This document shows, one piece after another, positions 63,183 to 64,000 of a stretch of DNA of 64,000 bases. Where the stretch lies: assembly GCF_018350175.1 (NCBI RefSeq), contig NC_058368.1:188482001-188546000 (forward strand). The letters run 5' to 3'. Origin of the DNA: Felis catus (lineage: Eukaryota). Every line of letters begins with the position of its first letter. Position 1 is the first letter of the stretch. A program made the position numbers and the translations under genes. The notes under the pieces are model-generated. The model worked only from the letters and a program-made list of their open reading frames with translations. It was not told where the DNA came from and did not search any database.

Positions 63183-63850
63183 TGTTATGGGTTGAATTGT
63201 GTCTCCCTGAAAATCATTTGTTGGAGTCCTAACATTTAATACTTAAGAATGTCATTAAAAAAATTTTTTTTAATGTTTATTTTTGAAAGGGGGGGGGCGC
63301 ACTAGTGGGGGAGGGGCAGAAAGAGAGGGAGACACAGAATCCGAAGCAGGCTCCAGGCTCTGAGCTGTCCTCACAGAGCCTGACATGGGGCTCGAACTCC
63401 TGAACCACAAGATCATGACCTGAGCCGAGGTCGGATGCTTAACCAACTGAGCCACCCAGGTGCCCCAAGAATATCATTTTATTTAGAAATCAGGTTATTG
63501 TAAATGTCATACTGGAGTAGGGTGACCCCCTAATACAATATGACTGGTGTCCTTATAAAAAGGGAAATTTTGGGCACTATAGGCAAACAGAGAGAATACC
63601 ATGTGAAGATAAAGACAGAGATCAGGGTAATGCAGCAGAACACAAGGATGGCCAATGATGGCCAGCAAACCACCAGGAGCCAGGAGAGCGGCATGGAACA
63701 GATTCTCACTGCCCACAGAAGAAATCAACCTTCTAACAGTTTGATCTTTACTTTCTAGACTCCAGAACTGTGACAATAAAATTCTATTGTTTAAGCCTCC
63801 TGGCTTGTTCCAGCAGACACTTTGTTCCAGCAGCCTAGAAAGCTAATATA
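63183..63850 (+). mobile_element. MaLR solo LTR (MLT1B/C-like), interrupted by a Can-SINE
   Basis: tgttatgggttgaattgtgtctccc ... tgactggtgtccttataaaaaggg ... ctccagaactgtgacaataaaattctattgtttaagcc ... cagcagcctagaaagctaatata. Confidence 0.8.
63257..63466 (-). mobile_element. Can-SINE inside the MLT1 LTR
   Basis: TSD AAGAAT(G/A)TCATT at 63245-63256 and 63467-63478. Confidence 0.9.
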
Positions 63851-64000
63851 AATATGTGTACTCTTTGACCAGAATTATCACACCTACTAATTAATCCTAT
63901 GAAAATAATTGCACAAGTGAACGAAGGACAACAATAGTGTTCATAATAGCATAATCAGAAATAACCTAAGTGTCTTAACAGTGGGACACAGAGTGCATCA

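Noticed and set aside
1..64000. CRISPR arrays, operons or other prokaryotic-type systems
   Set aside because: The sequence is mammalian with spliceosomal introns; there is no regularly spaced repeat-spacer structure.

Overview
This is mammalian genomic DNA from a felid: Can-SINE/SINEC_Fc-type repeats are dense and the IL-12p40 C-terminus is feline-type. The exact cat species cannot be resolved from sequence alone. The window holds three main elements. (1) The 3' end of IL12B on +: last coding exon 1034-1165 and a fully non-coding terminal exon 1634-~2755. (2) The complete UBLCP1 gene on -, convergent with IL12B: 11 exons, CDS 957 nt = 318 aa, all introns GT-AG, CpG-island promoter near 47.3 kb. 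(3) About 11 kb upstream of UBLCP1, a heavily decayed, intronless retrocopy of cTAGE5/MIA2 (~57620-59290, -), interrupted by a Can-SINE and apparently copied from an exon-skipped isoform. The rest is Can-SINEs, L1 fragments, MaLR/ERVL LTRs, DNA-transposon relics, MIRs and microsatellites. The most notable observations are the cTAGE5 retro-pseudogene, a convergent pair of near-consensus CTCF motifs bracketing IL12B-3'/UBLCP1 (one overlapping an NRF1 site), a sense L1 3' end with a polyA signal in UBLCP1 intron 7, inverted SINE pairs around UBLCP1 exons, an overlapping uORF, and a locally templated insertion. I found no convincing evidence of a wholly novel biological system. Gene and repeat family names are by recognition from memory, not by database search.
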